DNA of 64,000 nt from the human T2T-CHM13v2.0 reference genome, Homo sapiens. Below, piece by piece: positions 26,030 to 39,952 of this stretch (its first letter is position 1; each line of letters begins with the position of its first letter). The notes under the pieces were generated by a model. It saw only the letters and a list, made by a program, of their open reading frames with translations, searched no databases and had not been told where the DNA came from. A program made the position numbers and the translations under genes. The stretch lies in NCBI RefSeq assembly GCF_009914755.1, contig NC_060944.1; one strand, 5' to 3'.

Positions 26030-26439
26030 CCTCTAGCCTGTTCTTAAAATTCATAGAATCTTACATACAGTGTGTGCTCTTTCCTGTCTGATTTCTTTTG
26101 CTCAGATTCCTGCCTGTAGACTCTGCCATGATTTTGCAAATGTTGCAGTTGTCATTTTTTTTTGTAGTACTTCATTGGTGAATGTGGTTTTATTTTGCTG
26201 TCTGTATTGATATGGATTGCTTCTATGCTTTGGCTAGTACTAATAATGCTGTTATGAACATTTCTGCCCACGTTTTCTGGTAACATAGCACTCCCCTATG
26301 AAATGTTTCGACCTCAGGGTAGGTACACTTTAGCTTTCGGAAATGTCCCCAAGTAATTTTCCAAAGTGTATGAATTCCACTTGTCACACATCCTTATGAA
26401 CACTATGTTATCTTTTTGTTAAAGCCCATTTTGATATAG

Positions 26440-27396
<957 letters not shown>

Positions 27397-28870
27397 GTAA
27401 CAATAGCTCATCATGGCTTTACTTTCCATTTTCCTGATGGCTGATGAGGTGGAACATCTTTTCACATGTATTTGGGTTTCTTCTTCTCTGAGGTATCTAT
27501 TCAGGTTCCTTTGCTCATTTTTTTTAAGCTGTCTGTTTCTTAAGTGTTTTTATATAAGTTTTTTTTTCCCTCCTAAAATGGCATGTGAAGAACAAATTAT
27601 CCACAGAGGTTTAGAATAGAATAGATTAGACATGGACAGTTTAAAGGTGAAAGAATAGAGCCTAAGAACAATGAAAATGATAAAAGTGTTGGTCTCTTTC
27701 GAGGATTTAGAAAGAATGGGATTATGCAATGGATCTTTTGTTATCTTCCAAAAGAAATCCATTTCTTGGGAACAAGATGAGCATAAAAGTAATGAAACAC
27801 AAATGACTTCGTGACTTATATGAATGATGGAAAAAGATGATTATTGGAAAGACATTATACTAATGTATAATAATAGAAAGCAAATAAAAAGAGTAAAAGT
27901 TTGGAGAAGGTTATGAGTTCTATGTAAAACTCTTCATAAAATATTCTACTCTTTCTACACTATGATAAGGCTCACAAAAATACATAACATAAAAATAGTC
28001 ATATTTTATCCAGTGGGTTTTAAATATTTATGGAAGTCCTCATGATTCTCTTTAATAATGACATTTTTGTATATAAAATGTCAAGTGATCACTTCCTTAA
28101 GCTTATGTTTTCTTGGGCTGACATGGCCCATTACCACATGTTCCTGCTGCAATCCATCCCTGTCTCCTTTTGAGGCTGACAGCAGGGTCAAGGGCTCCCT
28201 GAAGGGCTTGTTCCATTGGGTGTGGGACTTCCTGCCCAAGGGCCTTGCCTTTCCTGAAGGAAAAGTGAGGCTGTCCCAAGGGGAAGGAAGAGGAGCTCAG
28301 AGCTAGTAGAGAGGCCCACTCCCAGGGACATCCATGCAGGGGGTGAGGCACTGCTGGGATGCTTCTGATGGGGACAGTCCAGCCAGCATGCCATTGCAGC
28401 CACAGCCATCCCAGGGCAGTGCCAGTTGCAACTCAGTCCCCCCAGCAGCTGAGTACAGACGTCACCAATTGGTGGCCCACCAGCAGAGAAGGGCTGCCAG
28501 GGGCTTGGCCGTGGAGCCTACAGGGCACCTGCTCAGCCAGCCTGCTCCAGTCCCCCATGCTGGGGTGGGTGCTTCAGAGCTTTCAGAGCAGATTGAAGGG
28601 TGTGGAAAGAACAGAAGTGAGATAAGAAAGGAGAAAGTGTTAAGGACCCGAAAGAAAAGTCATGTGAACACAAAGAGAGTCCACAGCAATGTGTCCCATC
28701 CAACAATCCTTTGACCATGGGGAAGCAGCCTTTCCTTTGGGGTCATGGCTGGTGTGCTGGGTCCAGGGCTGCCTTGCTGAGATCTGCTGAAGCAGAACAC
28801 AGGTGCCAGCAGAGCACGGGGTTTGGGATCAGATAGGCTCTTTACTGGGCCATGGGACCCTAGGCAAGAT

Positions 28871-29171
28871 TTTTTTGTTTAAATCTTTCTTTATTTCAAT
28901 AGCTTTGGGGGTACAAGTGGTTTTTGCTTACATGGATGAATTGTATAGTGAGGAAGTCTGAGGGTGATGAGGCACCCATCACCTGAGTAGTATATATTGT
29001 ACCCAATATATAGTATTTATCCCTCACTCCCTCCCACCTTTTCTCTTCTGAGTCTTCAAAGTCCGTTACACCACTGTATACTTCTGTGTACTCAAAGCTT
29101 AGCTCCCACTTGTGGTGAGAACATGTGGTATTTGATTTTCCATTCCAGAGTTACTTCACTTAGAGTAATGA
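28871..29171 (-). mobile_element. L1PB 3' end inserted in a MIR
   Basis: TTTATTTCAATAGCTTTGGGGGTACAAGTGGTTTTTG; TSD AGGCAAGAT at 28862-28870 and 29172-29180. Confidence 0.85.
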
Positions 29172-29292
29172 AGGCAAGATGTTTAATGTGTCTGCAGATC
29201 AGCTTCTGTTTGTGCTGTGCTCATGAGCTGAATCACTGCAGGCTGAATCCCAGCTGCCCAGCTATAAATGTTTGCCTCAAAGAAGGTGCTCA

Positions 29293-29597
<305 letters not shown>

Positions 29598-29963
29598 AGA
29601 TGCTCGGTGAATAGGAGACTCCTTTGAGCGCTCAGTATGTAGGTTGGGCAGCAGCTAAAGAATGATGCAGATGCCTTCTTTATGGAGGATTTTGTTTTGG
29701 AGAAGCCCCTCTCACCTGCCTGACTTCCCTGTGGCAGAGGTCAAGTCCAGTTCTCAGAGCTCACACCTCTGTCCAGTCAGCCTGGCAGCCCCTCCCAGAG
29801 GCACATCAGGGCAGGAGGTGAGGGTCAGTCCTGGTAGATCTGGAACCAGTACTGGCCTCTCGAAAGCACCAGTAGACAGTGATACCTGCCTGGGGCTTCA
29901 CATCAACAAAGATAAGTGGGTAAACAATACTGGATAAAATGGATGAGCCACTATCTTTTTTAA

Positions 29964-30269
<306 letters not shown>

Positions 30270-30904
30270 TAAATTTGATTTTTAAAACATCTGTGTCATC
30301 ACTAAATTCATTTGGCAATCCAGCTGGTGGGGCTATTTGGTAATTTTTCCTCCATGATGTGTTAGAGCTATACTCATAAGTTTACCATCTTTTCTTGTAT
30401 CTTTTATCTTACTCTTTTTCCTGTTCCAGGGACTATGTAAATAAGAAAACAGCATTCACACCTTTTTATTGCTTACCTGAATTAGTTTAATGACCATTCC
30501 TTTATTTCATTGCTCATCATTGTTTTATCCCACAATCCTTACTGAATACTCCCATGGCCCATGTGCTGGGCTTAGAACTGTGGACTCACAACATGCAGGT
30601 CCCTAAAATCAAGGAGCTTGTGTTCATGTGAAGGAGATCATCAAACCAAGCATCATATTAGGATTGGGGTGTGCTCTAGGGCATTCCCTGCAGCAGTTAC
30701 AGTGAAGCTAGGAACACTCAATGCTCAGCAATAGAAGAGCTGAATCAGTTGTGGGCTAGTTATACTCTACCCTACTAAGAAGCAGTTAAAATGAGTGGAG
30801 AGGATTTAGATATAGTGACAGAGGAAGACTGAGACACACAGCATAATATACTCTTCAGTAAGAATATATCCTGTTCATGTGTGTGTATGTGCATTTCACA
30901 TGTA

Positions 30905-31272
30905 TGTCTTAGTCTGTTTGTGCTGCTATAACAGAATACCACCAACTAGGTAACTTATACCCAGAAATTTATTGGCTCACAGTTCTGGAGGCTGGGCAGT
31001 CCAACATAAAGGTGCTGGTTGGTTTGGCCATTTGGATTCCAAGATGGCACCTTGAACGCTGAGTTCTGCAGTGGGGAGGAAGTCTTTGTCTTCACTTGGC
31101 AAATGGCAAAAGGAGCCAAAACTTGCCCTTTAATAATAGCATTAATCCCATCGATAAGGGCAGTGCCTTCATGACCTAATCATCTCTTAAAGGTCACATC
31201 TCTAATATTATGATAACAGCAATTTACTTTCAACATATGAGTTTTGGAGAAGGCAAACATTCAAACATAGCA
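30905..31272 (-). mobile_element. MST-type MaLR solo LTR
   Basis: TG..CA termini (TGTCTTAGTC..AACATAGCA) with 5-bp TSD ATGTA on both sides. Confidence 0.88.
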
Positions 31273-31507
31273 ATGTATATAAGCATCTTGCAAAAATGTT
31301 TATTTTTAATGCTGTATATATTGTTTGGAAACACTTTTTATGTAAAAATAGATACAGATGCAGGTATAGGTGTAGGTAAGCACAGATAAAAGTTCTGGAA
31401 GGGAAGGCTTGTTTGGGTTAAAGGAAGAGGATTGGGATTAGGTTTGTTTTCAGTGGGGAATTTAGCTGTGGCAAATGTTTAAATATTTGCAGGGAGAATG
31501 CATGCTT

Positions 31508-31508
<1 letters not shown>

Positions 31509-31554
<46 letters not shown>

Positions 31555-31839
31555 TTGGGATGGTATTTCGCTCTTGTCCCCCAGACTGGAGTGCATTGGC
31601 ACAATCTCGGCTCACTGCAACCTCCGTCTCTTGGGTTCAAGCAGTTCTCCTGCCTCAGACTCCTGAGTAGCCAGGATTACAGCCATGTGCCACCACGGCC
31701 GACTAATTTTTGTTTTTTTAGTAGAGATGGGGTTTCACCATATTGGCCAGGCTGGTCACAACGTTTTGACCTTAGGTGATCCACCCGCCTCGGCCTCCCA
31801 AAGCACTGGGATTATAGGCGTGAGCCACTGTGCCCGGCC
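31509..31839 (-). mobile_element. AluSp/Sq-like with (TAT)n tail
   Basis: Alu body; TSD CATGCTTGTATTATT at 31501-31515 and 31841-31855. Confidence 0.93.
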
Positions 31840-32534
31840 TCATGCTTGTATTATTTATGTAACTAAAAATAAATTTTAATTATATATTTCCATTTTGGGA
31901 AAACAAAAAAGAATTAAAGAGACAGACTATTTTAAGAACATCAGCGTCACTAACTGAATAAGGAAATTGTACAGATTTTGAAGATTTTATGTGATTTCTT
32001 GGTTGTTGTGTAACTTCCCATTCACATACTCATTCATTCATTCATTCATTCAGTTTTATCAATCTCCCTTCTGCAAAATATTTGAAGTTGCTTACAAAAT
32101 CATATACATATAGAACTTCATAATGTACCATCAAAATAAAACTATATTAAAATTATATCTATGTTATACCTGTATGTGTGTGTGTATGTGTGTGTGTGTA
32201 TATGTATATACGTTATACACATACATAGAAGGCAGATGTCATTGGGCGCTGACTGAATCCTGAGTCTGGGTTTCCTGATAGTTAGAAGACAACCTTCTTA
32301 CTGATACTACCAGAATGAACACATACACAATATGGTGTGCTTTTTCCAAAACACTGAAAACCTGTTGTTCATTCCCTGAAAGGAAACAATACCTTCTCCT
32401 CTCACTGCACAAAACTGGATATCCTAGAAAATTCAGTGCCAATCAAAACCATGACAAACACTTTGTTTTTCTTAGGGAGTCAGATTTAGATTCTTAGGTG
32501 AAATAATTATCATTAATTTTTTACCTACAAAAAC

Positions 32535-32750
32535 ATGCAGTGGGCACCTCAAAAGTGTGTGGAGCAGGCGGGCATGTTTGTTGACATGGGAGCACCTTGT
32601 GCATTGAAGTGCATGTGACATTCCATGTGATTCACTCTCTAAAGCCAGTATCACCCCAATCACTTTACAACCAAAAACACATCTAGAAATTTCCAAAACA
32701 CCCCCTGGAGAGGAGTTTTCACCCCCTGATTTCACCAAGAACCATTGATT
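32535..32750. mobile_element. MER20-like DNA transposon fragment
   Basis: GGAGCACCTTGTGCATTG..ACAACCAAAAAC..CCAAAACACCCCCTGG..AAGAACCATTG. Confidence 0.55.
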
Positions 32751-34984
32751 AGGGCATGCAGTAGCATTAACTCAGTGCCTTAGATTGAAGTTTCCCAGAA
32801 GCTGATGGGAGCATGGAGCTGTGTGCAGAGGTTTATATAGAGCGTGATTCCAGGAAGCAGGGGTGGAGGGAGAATGTCTTTTCATGGTCACCACTGTGAG
32901 CCACTGGGGCTTGATTTCACTGGGATCTCCCAAGAGTAATGCAGAAAGTCGCCAGAATCTGATGGGAGGCAGGAGCATTTACCTACTAACTCCTGGCCCC
33001 AAGCGATTGAGAGTTACCTTAGGATAAGTTTGTCACAATTTTGAGCTCACCTGTGCACAGAGCCTGGCTCATTGAGACACTGTCAGCATGAAGTGAGTCC
33101 AAGTCCAAACATAATTGTGCACTCTGGCAGCAGGGGGCGGAGAGTATGTGGCTCCAGGAACAAGGCTCAGTGGCACCACTTCTAGGGAGAGGCATGATGA
33201 TTATCTAAGAAGGCCTCAGATGTACTGGCCAACCAGCTTAAAACCAGCTCAGGGAGTCTTTGGAGAGGCCATGTAGTTGGGCAAATGTGAAAACCCAGAA
33301 CATTTTAGATCTGAATCAATACAAGGCCAAGACTGTAGCCACTGGGGTAAATCCTAGCCATGCCAGTCCATTTAATGAATCACCTTTCTACTCTCCACCT
33401 TCACGGTAAGCAGGCCTTTGTTTCCTGTCCCCTTGTCCATCCTTTGTTCCTGGAGAGAAATTCATTCCCCAAAATATTCCCAGGGCAACATCAACACTTG
33501 TACCAGAATACTACTTCTAACCTCCCAGTTCTGGGAGGATTCAGCTGGTCTGTGGTTGTAAAGGTCAAGGTGTGGCTTGATCTTTTCTCTCAACTCAACT
33601 GAAGTCTGAGATGCAGAAGCCAGGCTGTTCACATTTACAGTAGAAACTGTTCTTGTACCCACAGCACAGCCTCAAGCCCTGGCCGTCACAGCAAGTTCCT
33701 GATTCTCCTGCTGTGAAGCTGCTGTGAGAGTGAAAAGGCTGTGGGGCATCTCCAGGCTGAGTGTGAGACGATGCTCCCACAGACTTACTTCCTGCCAGCC
33801 ACACCTTGGGGAGAAACAAAAGGATGCAATGCCAAGGCAAGGGAGGCTTTGTGGGTGGCGATCTCTTAGTTTGCTCAGGGTTTGTGCTCAGTGCTCAGCA
33901 GATGAGGAAGTTGATGGCTGTCTCCAGGCCCCATCTGTCCAAATTGTGCGCATCCTCAGAGTAGGGAGCTGGCACTCACTTACCTCCAGACTCCCAAATC
34001 TCCCAGTTAAACTCAGTACACTTCTCATGGGCACCATCTTAGCTCCAGTCCCCTTGAAGCAGACCCTGGGAGTATTCTGGAAAGTGATGCTAGGGCTCTG
34101 GAGAGATGGAGGACTGGAAAGAGGAGGGGAAGAGGCCAGGAGCCCATGTAAGGAAGCCTTATGATCTCACACACTGTAGGAAGCTGGGCTCAGATCCCCA
34201 GGGACCCACCAAAAACTGGAGAGAACCTCCCACTGGAGACATGCAGGAGGAGACTATTCATCCACTGGTCCCTTGGCCATGGGCCAAGGGTTGCCTGGTG
34301 GTGGTGAGGTGGGTATTAGTTCCCTCACAGGGCAGCCACCGGGATGGCAGGTGGCTCCACAGTCATGCAGTTGGTTCTTAGCAGAGCCGATGTGCACCGG
34401 AATTCTCCTGCATGGCCACAAAGTTGTAGCTGTGCATTTGCTCTTTAATGAGTGCATGGCTCATGCTAGGTTTATAGGACATGTGATTCTCATCACATCA
34501 ATTTCTACAGAAAAGAAGATGCAGGTGGCCTGCCTTTTCAGCTGTATCCTCTGTAATGCAACAAGGAGGGTGACAGGGAGGTGCTGGAGACACTCTGAAG
34601 TTCCCTATAGTCTCCTGCTGCCAGAAGCCACAGCAGCCTTAGTCACAGGAAGAGTCAAAGGTCAGGGTGTGTGGTCCATGGGCACTTCCTGCTGCTCAGT
34701 CCTCTGCTCCTCTCAGGGCTGTCCCATGCCTGGGAAGTCCCCTCACATTAACCCTGAGGCAAGCAGGAACTTCCTTGATTCTCAGCATCCTTTCAACCAG
34801 AAAAGGGGCTCAGGTTCTTCTTCCACCCCCATCTCCCATATGCCAAAATTTAACTTGTCCTGAGACCCATTCCACCTTTTCTTTGCGAGAAACACAGCCA
34901 GAGTAGATCATAATTAAAGAGCGTGGCCTGGTGTGGCAGTATTAGCCATAATTTCTGGCCTAGAAACAGACACTACAGGGAAGC

Positions 34985-35325
34985 AAGTCATGAAGGAGGG
35001 TTTAATGAAGGGGTATGGAGAGCTGTGGGTGGGGTGTGGGGAGTCATGGAGAAGTGTGTAATGAAGAGGTATAGAGAGCTGTGGGCAGGGTGTAGGAAGT
35101 CATAGAGAAGAGTGTAATGAGGAGGTGTAGAGAGCTGTGGGCGGGGTGTGGGGATTCATGGAGGAGAGTGTAATTAAGAGGCATAGAGAGCTGTGCGCAG
35201 GGTGTGGAAAGTCATGGAGGAGGGTCTACTGAAGAGATATAGAGAGTTGTGGGCGGGGTGTGGGGAGTCATGGAGGAGACTCTAATGAAGAGGTATTGAG
35301 ATGGGCGGGGTGTGGGGAAGTCACT
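34985..35325. repeat. 56-bp G-rich minisatellite, about 6 copies, inside an LTR33-like element
   Basis: (G/T)TCA anchor at 34987, 35043, 35099, 35155, 35211, 35267 and 35320. Confidence 0.92.
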
Positions 35326-35785
35326 GAGGTGCAGTACCCTAGCGGCCAGCAGCAGTGGGGAGCTGCTACTGCCCCCAGCAGAACAGGGGGACTCCCAATC
35401 TCTGAGAGAGAAACCAGTATTAGGAAGAGGGACTTTCTGATGGGAGCTGCAGCCTTCAGTGGAGGAACAGATACATGGGCAAAGGGACGGAGCCTGGGGA
35501 ATCCCTCCAGTCGTATAACTTTTATTTCTGTTTGTCTGCCCCTTCCTGGGCTTCCTTAAGGTCTGCCTTACCCTTTACCGAACCCCCATCTGTTTTCAGT
35601 AGCTAGAGTGGATTTTTGTTGTCTGCTTCTGGAAATTCTGATGGAGATACTGTGTTTACATGTTTACATACATTATTCAATTTATTTCATGCAACAAACC
35701 CAGTGAAGTGAAAACCCCCTAAACGCTCACATGCACTCTGCCAATGAAGATGTGGGAGCTCAGAAAGGGTAAGTGCAGCAGACAC

Positions 35786-36245
35786 TGTCAGTGGCCGGGC
35801 TAAATCCCCTCCATTATCAGTTCCACAGGCTAATCAATAGCTGCCTAGGGAGAACACCTCTGCCTGAGGGCATTACTGTTCTGGCTGCAGGATGATGGTG
35901 GACCTGAGTTCAGGGCAGGCCAGAGGTGCTGGAAACGCAGTGTCCAGGAAGCAGCCTTCAACCAATGGCAGCTGGGAGTTGGTAGATAAATGTCCTAGTT
36001 TCCTAGCTGCTGTGAAGAGAATCTCTCTGGGGTGTAGTCTGCAGTTGTTTCCAGAATTTCCCTGTGAGCTGAGTCCTGATTGCTCCCAGTGGTAAAGAGC
36101 TCAATGATACCTCCCATCTTAACTTTCTACCCTTTCGCGTCTCTCCTCAACTCCCCACTCCACTGAGTTTTCTTAGGATCACTTCTCAAAGAACGACTTG
36201 TACTTAATCCTTACCTAGGGGAGGTGGGAAACCAAATCTGAGACA
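35786..36245 (+). mobile_element. LTR16A-like ERVL LTR
   Basis: TGTCAGTG..CAGCCTTCAACCAATG..GGGAGTTGGTAGATAAAT..CTGAGACA. Confidence 0.7.
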
Positions 36246-37097
36246 TCAAGTTTCTTACCCAAGATTGCCTATCAAGTGTTGGGGAGTTTCAAGCTCTCCA
36301 ACACTTGATAAAATACAACTAAATGATACTGAGTACATGTGTGTAATGCATGGTACAAGGGCAGAAATTCATAGTTCTAGAGTGTTGGATTTCACGTGGA
36401 AATATGGTTTGTGGAATTTTGTATCTCAGAGTGCCAGTGGGAGACTTGTGCTTGTGGATTCCCTAAGCAGGCAAAGGCAGAGAGGAATTAACGAGAGAGA
36501 TGATGGATGAGAGGGGAGTGATCATGAGGGCAAGCCTCATGGTGGAAGAGGAAGATGGCATCACACTGGGAAAACTGTGGTAGAGTAGGGTATCTAGACA
36601 ACAAATGGCCAGTCCTCTGGGCACTGGGTTAAGCGTTTGAAAAAAGAAAAAGAAACAGGGAAACACACAAAAAAGCCTATACACCTTCTGTTAATATTAT
36701 GCGTGACTATTTATACACATGTTATGGGTTCCTCTGAAAGTAGGAAAACATCACGTATGGGTGGCAACTTCACAACAGCAGTTACCCAACAGGAAGAAAG
36801 AAAGGAAAAGAGAACAGATAGTTTGGAGCGACTCTGCATGGATGGGATCTGGGTTAATCGTCAATTTGTGTTGCTGCTGTTTTGTATCATTAAACTTTAT
36901 ATCTTTTAGTAGCTGAATCTTTATTAGAAACCATTGGGATTTTTGAGTGAATGCTGAACATGTTGAGAACAGGTGAATTCTATAGGGAAAAAACAAACAA
37001 ACACAAAATACCAGCAACACAATCCTGCAATCTTGTTTTGTCTGTAGGGTGGAGCAAGGGCTTTAAATCCTGCCAGCAACAAAATCAATTACCAATC

Positions 37098-37390
37098 TTT
37101 TTTTAAAAATTATTGCAAAATAGAAATAATGTAAAATTTGCCATTTAACTATTTTTAAGTGTACAGTTCAGTGACATTAGGTACATTTACAATGTTGTGT
37201 AACCATCACCACGATCCATCTCCAGAACTTTCTCATCTTCTAAGACAGAGTACAGAGTACTCTGTACCTATTAAACAACTCCCCATTCTCCCTTCCTTCA
37301 GTTCCTGGAATCCACCGTTCTACTTTCTGTCTCTATGAAGTTGACTACCCTCAGTATCATATATATGGAATCATACAATATTTGTCTTCA
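37098..37390 (-). mobile_element. L1MB 3' end
   Basis: TTTTAAGTGTACAGTTCAGTG..AACCATCACCAC..CTACTTTCTGTCTCTATGAA. Confidence 0.85.
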
Positions 37391-38015
37391 CCTATTATTT
37401 TTGACTTATGTAAAATTTCAGTATTTTACAGACTTTTTTGGTTTTATTTGTGAACTACAAATAATCCTTTATTAGGATGTATTCATAACACGTTGGTGTT
37501 GTAATAAACCTTAAAAAATAGCAGTTTGGAAATAAAAGGTATATAGATTAGGATGGAAGAAATAAAACTGTCTTTTTCTGCAGATGATATGATTGCCTAT
37601 ATAGAAAATCTGAAAGAATCAACAGAATAACTGAAACTTTATAATAATTTTATAGCAAGCATGCAGGATACAAGGTTAGTATACAAAAGTCAATCACTTT
37701 CATATATGCCAGCAACCTATGAATGAGTGGAATTTAAAACGAAAACACATTACCATTTGCATTAGCAGCCCCAAATTGAAATATTTAGATACAGATCTAA
37801 CAAAGTATGTAGAAGGTTTATATGAGGAAAATGACAAAACTTTGATAAAAAGGAATCAAAAGACTAGACAAATAAAAAGTTATTCGATGTTTATAGACAG
37901 GACAACTCAATATTTTCAAAATGTCAGTTCTTTACCACTTGACTGGTAGATTCAGTGCAATCCCAATCAAAATCCCAGCAAGTTATTTTTGTTACATAAA
38001 CTGATTCTAAGTTAG

Positions 38016-39423
38016 TTTTTTTTTGACCTCTGAACTTTTTATTGGCCTCCTTCTCCCCAAAAGTCCCCTGCTTCTGCTGGCTTTATGTCTCAGAACTTTG
38101 GTGTCATTGGTCTCAGACACCACTTTGCCATCCACTATTTGGTGGGTGGTGGTCTTTTGGATGGTTTACATGGAGCTGCTGCTGTCCAGGGCATCACCAA
38201 TATTGAAGTCCTCGCCATCTTCCAGCAGGCGGCAGTAGGTGGAGATCTCAGCCTCCAGCTTGACCTTGATGTTCAGCAGGGCCTCCTACTCCTGGGCCTG
38301 GCGCTGTCCCTCTGCCCGGGTCTGTACCAGCTCTGACTTCAGGTGCAGCAGGATCCCATTGAGCTGCTCCATCTAAAGGGTGTAGGGGGCCTCCACCTCC
38401 CTCAGGCTGTTCTCCAAGCTAGCCTTCAGATTTCTTATGGAATCCAGGTTGATCTCCAATGACTGGACTGTATGTCTCAGCTCTGTGAGCATCATCTCAG
38501 CAGCTCCAACCTCGGTGGACTGTGTGGTGACCACTGTGGTGCTCTCCTTAATCTGCTGAGACCAGTACTTGTCCAGCTCATCTCAGTTCTTCTGAGCCAG
38601 CTCGTCATATTGGGCCTGGATGTCTGCCATGATCTAGTTGAGGTCCTGAGATTTGGGGGCATCTACCTCCATGGTCAACCCAGAGTTGGTAATCTGGGCT
38701 TGTAGGCCTTTTATTTCCTCTTTGTGGTTCTTCTTCATGAAGAGCAGCTCCTCCTTGAGAGCCTTGATCTGTCTCCAGCTGCAGCCGAGTGACATTCGTG
38801 TCATCAATGACCTTGCAGAGCCCATGGAGGTAGCTCTCTACAGATTGGAGCATGGCCAGCTCTGTCTCATACTTGACTCTAAAGTCATCAGCAGCAAGAT
38901 GGGCATTGTCAATCTGCAGAACGATGTGGGCATTGTCCACAGTATTTGCAAAGATCTGAGCCCTCAGGTCCTCTATGGTCTTGAAGTAATGCCCCCAGTC
39001 TCTGACCTGGGGTCCCTTCTTCTCCAATTGCTCACAGATTTTGCTCTCCAGCCTCTGGTTCTTGGTCTCCAGGCTCCTCACTCTGTCCAGGTAGGAGATC
39101 AGGTGGTCATTCAGGCTTTGCCTGGTCTCCTTCTTGTTCTGGATGCCTTCCATTCCTGCCAGACTCTCAGCCATCCCCACAGCCAGAGCTCTGGACACCA
39201 TGCCGCCCCCGAAGCTGGTGGAGTGGGACATGGAGATCAGGGAACCAGAGGCCCCAGCACCTTCATAGACGCTGGCCTTGCTGCTGACCAGCCGGGCACC
39301 ATAGCTTGGCATCTGGACAGAGCCCAGGGACCAGTAGTTGGTGGAGAAGGTGGAGCGAGTGGTGAAGCTCATGCTGTCCGAGGAGGAGAGCGAGAGGACA
39401 GGACTCAGGCTTTGCTGACCATC
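38016..39423 (-). pseudogene. KRT18P: Processed keratin 18 pseudogene (full-length mRNA copy)
   Basis: Translation MSFTTRSTFSTNY..YFKTIEDLRAQIFANTVDNA..ADDFRVKYETEL; no introns; 5' UTR, AATAAA (38038-38043) and short A tail; 2-nt frameshift near 38770; in-frame TAG stops at 38634, 38373 and 38286; degenerate TSD TGATT(C/T)TA(A/C)GTT. Locus number not determined. Confidence 0.97.
38605..39372 (-). CDS. Residual ORF of the KRT18 pseudogene: 201 keratin-like residues plus 54 frameshifted residues; expression unknown
   Basis: 255-aa ORF from the native ATG; keratin similarity ends at ..VTRLQLET. Confidence 0.3.
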   Translation of the reverse strand: MSFTTRSTFSTNYWSLGSVQMPSYGARLVSSKASVYEGAGASGSLISMSHSTSFGGGMVSRALAVGMAESLAGMEGIQNKKETRQSLNDHLISYLDRVRSLETKNQRLESKICEQLEKKGPQVRDWGHYFKTIEDLRAQIFANTVDNAHIVLQIDNAHLAADDFRVKYETELAMLQSVESYLHGLCKVIDDTNVTRLQLETDQGSQGGAALHEEEPQRGNKRPTSPDYQLWVDHGGRCPQISGPQLDHGRHPGPI

Positions 39424-39952
39424 TTGATTTTACGTTTATATGGAAAAGCAAAAGACCGAGAATAGCCAACTCAACATTGAAAGAGAAGAAAGTCAGAATA
39501 CTTACACTAACCAACTTCAGGGCTTACTGAAAGCTACAGTAATCAAGATGGTGAGGTATTGATGAAAGAATAAACAAATAGTTCAAAGTAATAGAACAGA
39601 GAGCTAAGGTATAGACCCACATTAATATAGTCAATTACTCTTTGATATAGGATCAAAGGGGATGCAATGGAGAAATGTTGTCTTTTCCATAAATGGTGCT
39701 GAAACAACTGGACATTTCTGTGTAAAAAAAATGAATCTAGATCAAATCTTACATCCTTCACAAAAATTAATCCAATAGAGCATAGACCTAAATATAAAAT
39801 GCAGAACTATTAACCTCCCAGCAAATAACAGGAGAAAATCAATGACTTGGATATGGCAATATAACGCCAGAGGCAAAACCCATAAAAAATAATAAGCTTG
39901 ATTAATTAAAATTAAAAGTTTCTGCTTGGTAAAACACACAGTTAAGAAAATC

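Noticed and set aside
34273-34863. 196-aa ORF
   Set aside because: Begins in an LTR-like fragment; no recognisable homology or exon structure
34985-35325. Regularly spaced repeats resembling a CRISPR array
   Set aside because: Whole units are homologous with no unique spacers; primate context and no cas genes
38653-39465. 270-aa plus-strand ORF
   Set aside because: Antisense shadow of the KRT18 coding frame; no recognisable protein
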